DNA of 61,710 bases, the filler included, from Sphacelaria rigidula (taxonomy: Eukaryota): NCBI GenBank assembly GCA_964200075.2. It is 11 parts of 11 records of this genome, joined end to end, with 100 filler letters (N's around TTAATTAATTAA, not from the genome) between each part and the next. Parts side by side here need not be neighbours in the genome. Positions count along the whole stretch, not along the records: positions 1 to 5,520 come from CAXNAA020026669.1; positions 5,621 to 11,140 come from CAXNAA020026670.1; positions 11,241 to 16,760 come from CAXNAA020026671.1; 8 more parts are not named here. The stretch is one strand, 5' to 3'. Below the pieces are notes generated by a model. It ran no database searches and was not told the DNA's origin. It worked only from the letters and a program-made list of their open reading frames with translations. How positions within the stretch are numbered: position 1 is the first letter of the stretch; the number at the start of each line of letters is the position of its first letter. Positions 1 to 11,344 of this stretch are shown here, piece by piece. A program made the translations under genes and the position numbers.

Positions 1-403
1 CGATCATGTGGGGAGGGCGCCTCGAGCTGTGGCTCAAGGCAGAGTGGGAGATGCTCCCACTCAAACCCCCCATCAACTTGGCGCAGTACACGCGCCGCCC
101 TGCTCTCGAGAGCTTCGGCCCTAGTTCTTTACTCGAAAAGTCATGAGCGGCTAATAAAGCATACCTAAGGAAACACTCCCGTACCCAACTGGTTTATCCT
201 CAAAGCGTTCTAAGGAAACATTCCCATCCCAAAACTCCTGTACCCACTCCCACACCTCAAAAGAAGGGAAGCATAGACTGCTTCGAGGAACAGAAATACA
301 GCTCCGAAACGCGGAAGCACAAACTGCTTCTGCGTGCTAGCGATCAACGAAGAAGCACAAATTGCTTCGGCGTCCTAGCAAATATCAAGGGAGGAAAACA
401 CGG

Positions 404-530
404 AGGTACAACAGGGAGCAGAGCTCTAACCTGCGGGAAGCCAAAGGTACAACAGGGAGCAGAGCTTCAACCTGGGGAACTCCAAAGGTACAACAGGGAG
501 TAGAGCTTCAACCTGGGGGAATTCAAAGGT
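404..530 (+). repeat. 41-bp tandem repeat (x3 plus partial) in the presumed retrotransposon 3' region
   Basis: The unit AGGTACAACAGGGAGCAGAGCTTCAACCTGGGGAACTCCAA starts at 404, 445 and 486, with a partial copy at 527. Confidence 0.85.
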
Positions 531-725
531 GCAAAGAAATGCAACATCAGAAATCTGAGAATCGGTGATCCAACGAGATCGAGCGCCAGCCGCAAAGGGA
601 TACTATAGCTCCAGCACTCGTAGATGGTGGTCGTCTTCAGTAATTTTTGATCGTCGTCCGATGTAGGTCGCCCTGTTGTGATGTCGTAGAAGAGGGTCCT
701 GGTGAAGAAGGGAGGGCAGACAATG

Positions 726-2870
726 CTACAGAAAAATGGGGGAGGGGGGGGGGGGGGGGGGAATAGTTGCGACGAAGGGGGGGGGTTCAAAGCGGGGGGG
801 GGACGTCGGGGGGGGGGGCGGGGTTACGCTGGAGACCGCGGCGAAGTCCTTTGGACTCAAGGCGCTAGAGGCACCAGGATCCGCGTGGTGCAGATGGGCT
901 GGTGGTGTATAGTGCTGGCCGGAGCTTGAGCTGTATGGGTCCAGGGTCATCGATGAAGCGCACGATGTATGTGTCGGCCGATACCAGGTTAGCGGAGTGG
1001 GTCTGGCCCAACCACCAGAGGTTGTCGCTGCCTTTAAACCAAAGGTAGCTGCCCTTGAGCAGTATTCGCTGTTTTGGTTTGCGAAGAACTTCGTCTTACA
1101 AATCTTGGTGGGTACAACTTCGTAACCATCGGCGACGAAGCGTAGTTCCTGATCACGATGAAGTTCGCGGGCTGCTGCGCCACGACGCATGCTGCGGTAT
1201 TTTTTGTTGTGAGCAAGATGCTGATGTTGGGATTGCGTCCGGTACAGGAGGATTGCATGGCGATGCAATTGAAGGTCGGATTCGCGTTGCCAAGACACTC
1301 TCCGCAGACCGTGCCAGTGTGTCTTATACATGACAGCGATTTTTGCCACCTCGACCACCGGTTATCTGGTGGCCTGAGATGGTGGACACGGTCAATCGAA
1401 GGGGCTGCTCCGTCACATCGTCGGTTGTAACGTGGTAGGGTGGGGGCTTGGTCTAGTAGCTGTTGAGAACATACTGTGTGAGTCCGGCAGGCAGGTACTT
1501 GGGCATGACACTTGTATCATGCGGGTTTGTGCAAGGTTTGCATCTGTGCACGGAGACGCGGGGTTTGGTGTCCTTACCCTGGAAGTCGCGAGGCAAGTCG
1601 AGATAGAGCAGTTTGTCATCAACGGGTTTCTTATCCGGTGATGATGACGATTATCCGATGATCTTGAATGGTCCTGTCCAATTGAGGGACAATTTTGTCT
1701 TCAAAATTGTTGCGTTGGCTGCCTTGCTGGTGCCTTGGCGGACAATCGGCAAACTGTTGTAGATCCAAACCCAATCACCAAATTTCCAGTTGCGGCGTTT
1801 GTGCATGGGGTTGTAGAGAGCAGTGTTAGATCTCTCTAGGCGCGAGGCGTTGATAGCGTGTTGTTCGCGCACGAGGGTAAAGGCTTTGCGTTGTCGTGCA
1901 TGCGCTAGCTCGTGGTAGGATATCTGATCCTGATCCAATCCTCGGTGGCCGTCGGACGTTTGGCGCTCAAACACGGTGATGGGCAGCCGAGGGTAACGTC
2001 CAAGATGAAGTTCCTTCGGAGAAAGGCCTGTGACGGCGTTAACCGAGTTATTGTAGGACAATATGATGTGCGAGAGATGTAGGTCCCAGTCATTTTGGCG
2101 GTCACTAATAACCATACAGAGCATTTGGGCCATGGTGCGATTAACTATTTCGGTACCACCGTTACCGTTCGAGTGGTAGGCGCTCGTGGCAATTTTGCGG
2201 ATGCCCAGGAGCTTGTAAAGCTTATCAGAGAGATCTGAGCAAAATTGCTGACCATTGCCTGAAAGGAGTCGCTTTGGGCAACCGTAGTGCTTAATGTAAC
2301 CGTGGACCAATATGTCGGCCGTTCCGGCGGCAGTGAAATATGCGGCGGTTACCGCGTACATGGACGCGTGGGGGCTGAAGCGGTCAGTGAAGAGTAAGAT
2401 GTGGGTGTTGCCGCGACCTGTGGTGGCCTGGCTCGTTGGGGAGTCCCATAGAGATTACGGGCCAGCGTACTGTCTGCCGTGAAGTCTTTCGGGCTTGGCA
2501 TTTGAAGCATCGCCGAATCCAGAAGCGGGTGGAAACTTTCATGCCAACTCGCCAGTATAAGCGTTCCAAGAGCGCTAGGGTGCGGGTGACGCCAAGGTGA
2601 CATGACAAGTCTGTGTGGCAGCCTTTCATAGCCCAGTGGCGTATTAATAATAGAACATATATGCGCGTTGGTTCGTCATCGAGTAGTCGTGCGTTGCGTC
2701 CCGTGGTTGAGGCCTGTCAAAGGCGTGGGCCGACGCACGAGTAGTTGCACACCTTCATCCATAGTAAAAAGGATGCCTTTACGCACGAGCTCGTATACAT
2801 CAGAAATAATCGGTGGTGGCAGTGTTCCAACCGGGGCCAGAAGTGTGGATGGAAGAGGGACTGGACAGGG
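726..2870 (-). mobile_element. Degenerate Ty3/gypsy LTR-retrotransposon pol 3' half: integrase Zn finger, catalytic core, GPF motif and chromodomain-like C-terminus
   Basis: ORF 2384-2629 has an HHCC-type CH..SCHLGVTRT...CFKCQARK. ORF 1651-2361 has an rve-like core (YGCPKRLLSGNGQQF..., TSAYHSNGNGGTE) ending in WTGPFKI. The chromodomain-like ISGHQ..GRGGKIAVMYKTHW.GL..SW.RE.DL lies at about 1270-1390. Frameshifts and stops separate the pieces. Confidence 0.9.
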
Positions 2871-5800
2871 GTTCACCCCCCACGCCCCCCTTCTCTGGAC
2901 CGTCGTCATTGCTGTGCTATTTGGGCTTCGGTTTCCCGTGCAATCGCACGCAGTCGGCTGGCCTCCTCTTCATTTCTGTGCCATGAGGTCATGAACCCCT
3001 CCGCTCCCTGCAGTATTCCCGCGTGCCACGGCGACCTCCCCTCCTTATTCGCTGCTGACGTCCATAGGGCGCGGTCAATTCCGAATGTCTGGCGGTTGTC
3101 GTCCGTAGAGCCGTTTGTGGCTCCGAAAGCGTGGAGATCGTCTCTTAGGCACTTCGGCCAGTTTTGTTCCGGGCACCCTGGTCCTGGATCCTCCCTCCCG
3201 ACTAGTTTTCCGAATGCTATTCGCTTCGGTAATCGTCCGTCCGGTTGTCTGGCCAGGGCTCCATATCATACATCTCAGACGCCATAGACCCGCACCAGCC
3301 ACTGGATGCTGCATGTGGTTAGACCCCTCATTTTCCGGAGACCCGCCTCCATACATTTTGAACACGAGTAAGGTGGGGTGGCCACACACCCAATGACACA
3401 CAATAAGCGCAACCCACAAGTGTTAGACAGCTTGCTCGTTGTACTCAAGAAATGAACGAGGGCCACCTCTGCCGTGCGTCTACCGTGCCTGAATATCAAG
3501 CTCAGTACAGTATTAGGTGAGAGTGGGTGAGACCATCCGGCCGAACTCCAAACTTGTGAGTGGTCTTCCTCCTCAACTATGGCTTGTAGTCGAGCAGCTG
3601 TCGTTCACTTAGTACGAAGTCGCACGTTCCGGATGAACACGAATACACGGGACAAGATGTTATATGCACACCACGTAAGTTCAGCGTCTGACCTCGAAAG
3701 CTGTTGTGTTTGCCTGCCCACTTGTTCTCTTTTCCGCCGAGGTTTTGCGCTTTGGCCCCGAGCCCTCTATATTTTACCTCCCAACGAACGCGTTTCACCT
3801 TCTGCCGCCTATTTTCGCCATGCGAACAAGTGCAGAACCGCTTTGCCTTTTGTACCATAACCTATGCTCTGGTGCCGCCGTGGCGACGAAGCCGGTATAA
3901 CCTTCATAACTTCTGGGATAAATATGTCAAAAATAGATATTCAACTCAGTTGTGAAATATGACCAATTAATAACCTGGTGCTTGTGATCGGTGTTACGCA
4001 TGTATGGTTTTATTATTGCCAGTATTAATATTTTTCAATAAGTGCTTATTTTTGGGTAAGTGGAACGCTACATGTTGTTCTGGAGATTCTGGAGCACAAT
4101 AATCACCGAACCAACCGTATATTGCTCGGGCACGACGGCGTCCTCTCCTCCTCCTCGTGTGCGTGGCAAGCCCAAGCCTGCAGACCTTCGTTGGTCTCCG
4201 AATACACCTTCATGCAACAAAAGCACAGCGATCGCAGGCACCCGTCTTTTACTTCGCCTATGCAAAAGACCTGATGTAAGACACGGGAGTGACCTCTACA
4301 TCGTCGCCTTGTACAATAACTGTGGCAACAGCAATGGGCGGCCACAATATCACTGTCGTCGTCCGTCGCCGTCCCCACACTACCTTGCCACCACTCCGTG
4401 CACCCCCCGCGCCCGTTGTTTCTTCACGAGCACAATCGGGTGCCGTCAGCGAACCAGCCATTCGTGGAGAGGCGACCTCAGGTACTTGCGACCTCGTCTC
4501 CGTCGTATTCTCCCCCGCCATGGATCGTGCTGCAAACCGGTTCACTCCCGAGAGGTATCATGAAAACACGATACTTGAGGAGACGGCAGATGGTATCCAC
4601 CCCTCGGCATGGGTTCTTGCGCCGAGAATTCTGGTTGGCTCTGTTCCAGATGTCGTGATGATCCCGACCCATTTATCCTCCACGATTCCAGATCGAACGT
4701 ATTATTATTATATAATAGTCGGCGGGGCGACCGTTCGTCGCGAGCCGGAATCATCTGCTTCTGCCCCTCGCTCCATCGCACTTCCTCGCGCTGCCGGTCG
4801 TGTTGCAACTGTGTCCGCCCGTAGGAAGGTCGGTGAAGGCACCACACGCCATTGTGTGGTACGGAAGATGATGTTGACCCTCCAGCATGCGTTCTTGCGC
4901 CGAAATATCAGGTTGGCTCTATCCCGGAGGTTGTAACCATCCGTGTTGACAATAAAATAGTTACCCCCGTTCCCCTTTTCTTCTCACTTGGGGATGAAAT
5001 GGCTCTATCCTCTCTCCAGACACGATGCGGGTGCTATCTACGGTTTTCGCCACTTACGTGGGTATTCACAGACGAAGAACGATGCCTACGAACACGTTGG
5101 AGGCATCGTGAGAACGTATGCACCGCATAAATTTTCCTCATGACCCGGCTTCTCCCCCCGCCCTTTTCCCGGAAATCAGACAAACGCATCCCCTTTATGA
5201 ACGATTTCAGCGAAGAGGGAGGGAGGTTATCCGAGATTTTAGCCATTTGCGATCGGACAAGAACGAATCTGAACTCGTGACCAGCACCAGGTGAAAGCGT
5301 ACAATTTGACCCAACCCTAGTGATGATGCATAAATTTCTCAGTAGGGTTACAGGCACCTCAGGGGGAAATTGTTTGAAGGTGAAACGAGTCAAGGACCGC
5401 ATTTTATTTTGTCCTCAGGGGCACCCTCGATCATCCGGAGGGGGGGGGTGGGGGGGGGGGTACTCATTTGTTGCTTGCCTTAGTCATTTGACCATTGACC
5501 ACGCATCCCTTTCGAGACGGNNNNNNNNNNNNNNNNNNNNNNNNNNNNNNNNNNNNNNNNNNNNTTAATTAATTAANNNNNNNNNNNNNNNNNNNNNNNN
5601 NNNNNNNNNNNNNNNNNNNNAAACCGAATAATCGAGATTTACCAGCACCCCGATCCAGTCCGAAGAGGTACCACTGCAGTAGCGCGATGCATTTACATCA
5701 CAGACGTGTCAAAGCGTTAGCGTCAAGAGTTCGGAAGCCTTCGTGTTCCGTGGAGTGCTGTGATCCTGGCTTTGCGGGGCCCTGCTGTGGTGGCGCCGTC

Positions 5801-7052
5801 GCACTGATGGCTGTGAACGGAGCATGTCGACATCCTGGAATATAATGTTGTGAGAGTTTTGTGTCGTCTACAAAAGATCACCACAATATTTTCACGTGGA
5901 AAGGAAAAAATAGTGCTATCCTTAACTGCGTCGTGGCAATATCAAGAGGAGGTTCGATTGCCGAGGGTAGCGATCGAGCATAGATATATGGCTATGGTAC
6001 CCTAATATTTCATGGTCAGTATAAGCAGTATAGAGACAAACAAACCGCACAACACAGGGTAGCACAGCACGCACTCTACGGCTGCACCTGGGGACGACGG
6101 TGCCGCGTAGCTTGAAAGGCACCACACCGCACCCCAGGCACGCGAGCAACAGCAGGCAGCCCACCATCGTACTGTTCTCTGATACGGCATCTGTAACACC
6201 GTACCGTGTGTTGACCATGCTTCAAGCGCGAGTCTATGCGCATCCATACGCACAGTGTATATTGGGCAGACGGCTACCGCTGCCAGAATTAGACCGCGAA
6301 TCCGGCGATTTCGTGTGTGACGAGCCTCGTACAAGTAGGGTTACAACCATGCTTGACCACGGTACTTCAGTGTCACACTACAGTCCAGGCGCCTTGGCTA
6401 CAGTACAGTGTGCAGTGCAGTCGCTGCAGTACAGGGATGCGCAGAGCAAACAACCCGTATGTGTAGGGGTATACTGTACCGCGCCATGGCACAGAGATAC
6501 AGAAAGAGGATAATCGGAGAGTAACCGGTGACTGAAGCGTTCTGGCACCACAAAGACAAAAGGGTAGTCTTCTTACAGTATTCTTCAAAGACAGATAGAC
6601 TGCCCGAGTGCCTAGAACCGTTCTCCGGTAGTGGTGACCCCCTAGATGCTGATGTTAGGCATGCATATATCAAACTACTTAATTCGGCATGGTGTCGACA
6701 CCTACAAGGCTTCAGTGTGAAACAAGCGTTTGCGTCGCCATGCGAGGTACGGTACTGAAGTGTCTACGCTAGTATACGGTCAGGCTTTGCAAACAACGTA
6801 CATTCGCCCACTAGACTTCGGAACGGAACAGAAAAAAAACACCTCTCCCGGAGAAAATATGGAATAGAAGGTAGCCGTTGCACGCCGATACACCACACTG
6901 TACGCAAAATATGTGTAGAGGGCTATAATAAGTCGTTCAATGCTATGTTCTTGTGGTCTCAGAGCCGACGCACCCTACATACCGTTCAGACCTGGCTCTA
7001 TTCTTTCCCGAAAGGTAAAAGCGTGTACCATCGACACCCACACAAGTCAGAT

Positions 7053-10000
7053 CTACACAGATTTCTGCTTCGCGGTGCTGACTACTGTTCTCCTCTCATG
7101 TCTCTTTCGCCTTCGGCCCCATTGATACAACTTCCACGACCCCCACATCGAACACAGAAGAAGCAAAATCAACGCGAGCAACAGCACGCGCGGATCACAC
7201 GGGGCGCGGTCGATTACGGAGGCAATCCAGAGCGTTAATCCCATCACTCGGCCGTCCATTTTGAGTTTCGTTGGGGAGCGAGGAACGATTCGCGCTCCCA
7301 AGGAAGGGCTAGTCGACAGTGACGCCGGTGCCGCCGAAGTAGGCTCGGGTGCCGTTGCTACCGCTCGCTTCACAACCTTTGAGATGTAGATATAGAGGTG
7401 GGGCAGGGGACACACGCAGTTTACCGTTGCGACATCGAAAACACTGATCAGGCAAGCACGACTTGAGCTCAGCAGATGTAAAAAAAATGATTCAATCGTG
7501 CCCTTCTTAGTCTCTCACGACGTAAAACGGCGAGAGAACTTTCTGGCAACGGAGGGCGGGAGGGAAACCAAGCGCGCACGACAACTCAAAACCAGTGGTG
7601 CAAATCCCGCGTCGCGAGAAACTGCAAGTCCACGATGATACATGTATGTTTCGTATCCGCACCAGTAATACGCATTCTGTGCTCTCCAGCAGAGTAGTAC
7701 GTTACAGCTAATCCTTGTTAAATTCTCGACGGTACAACTGTGTATCCCAACATTGGCGTGCGCTGACTCGCCTCAAAGAACCGGAACGCCTGGTCTCCCA
7801 AATCATGGCAAGTGGTTGTGCCGGTCACAAGCTCCCCCACGAGGTCTAAAGCGTCGATCTCTTGCTCAGACCCCTCTGATTGCTGCTGAAAAAAAGGAGA
7901 TGTCTCCACGACTGCCTTTTGGAAGAATGTTGCTAGATTTATCGCGACATCCTGCCGATTCCATACCACAAGCAGGAGTCGACGGAGAGAAACGGCACGA
8001 GTCACATGATACGTCTTCAGTGCATCTTTACTGATGCATCACCGAACAGGCTATGAAGCCTAGCAGGAAAGCATCAGCGTGTAATTACTCGATGAACGAC
8101 TTCGACATTCAAAAGGAGGTTCAGTGAGCTACTAAGCGACACAATTATTCCAACACTCGGTGCGAACGCGAGACTCCATCATCTGGGTTGCTATACACAG
8201 TGAAAATGAGGCACGGGATGATGTCTATCCTATAACCAATTGACTTGCCTTGGTCAAGTGTCCCAGAGAAAAGGAAGCAATCAGCGTCATCAGGAAGGGG
8301 TCATTGCGAGGGTTCAATCCTAGCAATGCTCCTGCGGTCACCGTCAGCGTCAGCCTTTACAAGGTAAGACGGAAGCACCAAACGCGGCGCAGTTACAAGC
8401 ATCAGATACACTATTCGGGCATAGCATTTGACCAGAGCGTTGAGTCTAGTAAACGGTGTGTACAGAGCCATGCTACGATAGGGGGGGGGGGGGGGGGGGT
8501 GAGACATTTTTTTTGTTTCCGGGGGGGTTAGGGGGGAGGCACCGTTCTCCCACTAAAAAAGAACACCCCNNNNNNNNNNACACCACCAACATTCCGGCGC
8601 TCATTACGTTTCTTCCATAGCTCATTACGTTCCTTCCATACATTAAACAAAAACCTCTAACATATCTTATCCCCGTCCTGTTTCTGAAATCCCCACAAAA
8701 TCATCCACTGCTACGATAGGGAGGGAGGGTTCGTTTCCACGAAAACAATACCCATAGATGCGTCAAACGACCTAAGACACTCGCGGTGCCCTCGTATTTG
8801 GATATAAGCGGTGTAAAGTAGAATGAATGAGCGTTATTTATCGGGAGAAAGCGTGTTCGATCAACTGCCGGCTTCTTTCAACGCGATTAGAGCGGAATTT
8901 CGTGGAAGGAAACGGCCCAAATGCCCCCCCCCCCCCACTATCGTAGCCTGGTCCGGCGAAAACCCGGCGTGCTTCGTCCCGGCTTTGTAGGGATGCGAGA
9001 TCAATAGTCTGGTGACTATGGCATGCAAGATCGTGAGTACACTATCGTAGCATGACTCTACAGACATGATGAGAGTCGCGGTCCAGCGCCTTTCATCATA
9101 AAAAATCTTTGATGTCCGAGTTTGTCCAAGAGTGCAGAGGACGCAAGGGGTTACCAGAATGTTTGCATGCGGGTTTGCTTGCGACAGTGGCACACGGTAC
9201 CTGGCGAGAACGTTTGCTCGGAGGGCCCTCTCTGCTTTAGAAATGTACTTTTCGAATCCCAGGAACGGTAGCGCACTCGATGCGAACGGCCATAGCTTTT
9301 CGGCAGCACCCTGGTGGAAACGCAAGCGCGTGTAAGACAAGACAGGGCCTGAACTAAAATGAAAACAGTACAAGTGTTTTGAAACAACCACACGCACCAC
9401 ATCTTCAGCTGCAAGACAGCGCTGAGAATAAAATGTTCTGCGTAGCTAGCACCGAGCGACCATTTCGTATCTTGATTATTAGCAGTGAAGCGGTACCTTC
9501 ATCTGTGACTGCGGACCTTACTTCCGTTCAAACCCGAAGGAGAGGGGACGGCTTTAAATCCTAGTAGTTAAGCACTCAGACTTGACTCGTACCTCCCGAC
9601 TGAAGTTAACTAAACGAACAAGCAGCTCTTTCTCTGTGGTGCAAGGATGTAGAGTGGGAGATTGACACCAGAAGGGACCGCGAGTGACAATCGAACCGAC
9701 TTGGCGGCTAAACACAATGGAGGGGTCAGACAAAATCGCGAGCTTGCCTGAAGATCACTGGACACCCATGTAAAAACGGGGTAGGTGAATACTCGGTTAC
9801 CTCGCGAGGACATATGTGCATACGGTCGCTGGTGCAGCTGCGTGAAGAGTGTATCAATCCACTGTCCGACAACAAAACAGAAATATGTTTGTGCCCTAAA
9901 GAGACGGCGGGAGGGGGGTAATGGGAGCAACTGAGCTACGGGCTGGGCTGCCTCGGTTGCAGCACAAGGGTTTTTGTCAGGCAGACGAAACACGCGATAT

Positions 10001-11005
10001 TATCAAGGATTTGAAAACAGCCACGGAACGGCAACAACTTCGCAGATATGTCATCGAATTTGACGGAAAGCAAATGATGTACAGTGCTTTCCAACGCCCC
10101 AGTCACCAAGTGTAGCTACCTACGGAACAGTGCCCCCAAGAAACGCGCTGAATCGTGAGCAACAACCGGTGAACGTGGAGCAAAATGCAGCGTACGCTAA
10201 GCCCTTCCCCTGTACTTCAAGAAGCCTGGAAGTGCTAACCTGTAGATGACACATCTTGGTGGATAGCTCTTGGAAGACCTCATAGTCACTCTTCGCGGCG
10301 TTCTGACCAAGACCTCTGCTCAAAACAATGTGAGCAAACCCGAGTCAAGCATCACCAAGAAATATTAAATTTACAGACACATACGGCGTACCCCAAAAAG
10401 TGGAAAACGTAGTTCACACGAGTCCTCGGTAATATGTTAAATATAGCGTCAGCAACATCCAATTTTGTACGAAATATATCTGGTGCTCTGTACATGCATG
10501 GGAGCTGGCATAACTTGGGCGCGAACGGTCGCCACTGTTTGCAGGTAGAACGTGTGGTGTCGCCGAGGAAGGATGCTATGGGCGGAGAGCGTGTTTTAAT
10601 GGAAAAGTATCGGTCCTCACAGTACAATGAAGAAGAAGCGTATTGCCTCGCCAGTTTCAGGATTCTCCGAAACCCACAACCTGGTTTTTCTACAAACGAG
10701 CATGCTACCAGCAAGCCGACAACATACTTGGCTCACGCGAAATGAAGCGTATAGTCCGCAGTGGCATTGATCATTTTCTCTGCCTCGAGTGCGCTCTCTT
10801 CGCTCATATAGGTCAGCAGGTGTCGCCGCAAGGCCCGCTCTGCGCCCGCCCACAGAGTCCGATCTCGAGCTATAAGCATGACTCCGGGGGAGTCCAACAG
10901 CCGTCGCCACAGTTTGGAAGCTTCCCTCATATTTCCTTCTGATAGTGTTTCAGATAATGTGCTTTCGAGCGAGGCAGCTATCTCTGAGGTTACGTCACCT
11001 AAAAC
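7053..11005 (-). CDS. 5'-partial multi-exon gene, unknown alpha-helical protein with a C-terminal transmembrane helix and basic tail
   Basis: Phase-consistent exons: 11005-10737, 10315-10240, 9861-9801, 9633-9593, 9445-9398, 9310-9201, 8354-8249, 7951-7772, 7376-7053. The product ends LLLALILLLLCSMWGSWKLYQWGRRRKRHERRTVVSTAKQKSV*. Two donors are GC. An extra exon starting near 10119 is possible. Confidence 0.72.
8465..9058. mobile_element. Intronic MITE, TIR GAG(C/T)CATGCTACGATAG, 4-bp TSD TACA
   Basis: The left end gagccatgctacgatag starts at 8465 and the right end ctatcgtagcatgactc ends at 9058. TACA flanks both sides (8461-8464, 9059-9062). It contains a 10-N gap and an inner CTACGATAG..CTATCGTAG inverted pair (about 8711-8946). 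Confidence 0.8.
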
Positions 11006-11240
11006 CTGCCCGTGTTCCAACGCATGCAAGCAGACCGAGGCGGGCGCAGGTGCGGGGGGGAAAAGAGGAGGGGAGGGGAGGGGGGGGGTCGTACTCATGA
11101 TCATGCATGCTATAGTCATCGGACCATTGACCTCGCATCCNNNNNNNNNNNNNNNNNNNNNNNNNNNNNNNNNNNNNNNNNNNNTTAATTAATTAANNNN
11201 NNNNNNNNNNNNNNNNNNNNNNNNNNNNNNNNNNNNNNNN

Positions 11241-11344
11241 GTGACGAGAGTTCACGCGTCCGCTCTCCCTCTCGCTCACCCCATTGCCCGCGCACCCCTA
11301 CAAAGCCGGGACGGAGCACGCCGGGGGCTATCGTAGAAAGTGTC
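11241..11344. mobile_element. Right end of a GACACTTTCTACGATA-TIR MITE, cut by the contig start
   Basis: Ends in ggggctatcgtagaaagtgtc, the reverse complement of the left TIR of the 13564-13815 element. Confidence 0.7.

Noticed and set aside
5320..5568. ORFs running into N linkers (also at 11192, 22435, 33670, 44903, 50530, 56145)
   Set aside because: They are artefacts terminated or started by the synthetic linker.
5700..6334. Start of a signal-peptide gene on the minus strand
   Set aside because: Splice-like sites exist, but no frame gave a convincing continuous product.
9398..9500. Apyrase (GDA1/CD39) ACR5-like KWSLGA reading
   Set aside because: That frame does not splice consistently with the downstream exons, and no other apyrase motifs were found.
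8990..11140. Single 2.1-kb TIR element with a plus-strand transposase (ORFs 9921-10115, 10434-10942)
   Set aside because: The interval holds phase-consistent minus-strand exons. The 8990 repeat is internal to the TSD-flanked MITE 8465-9058, and the 11140 repeat runs off the contig.
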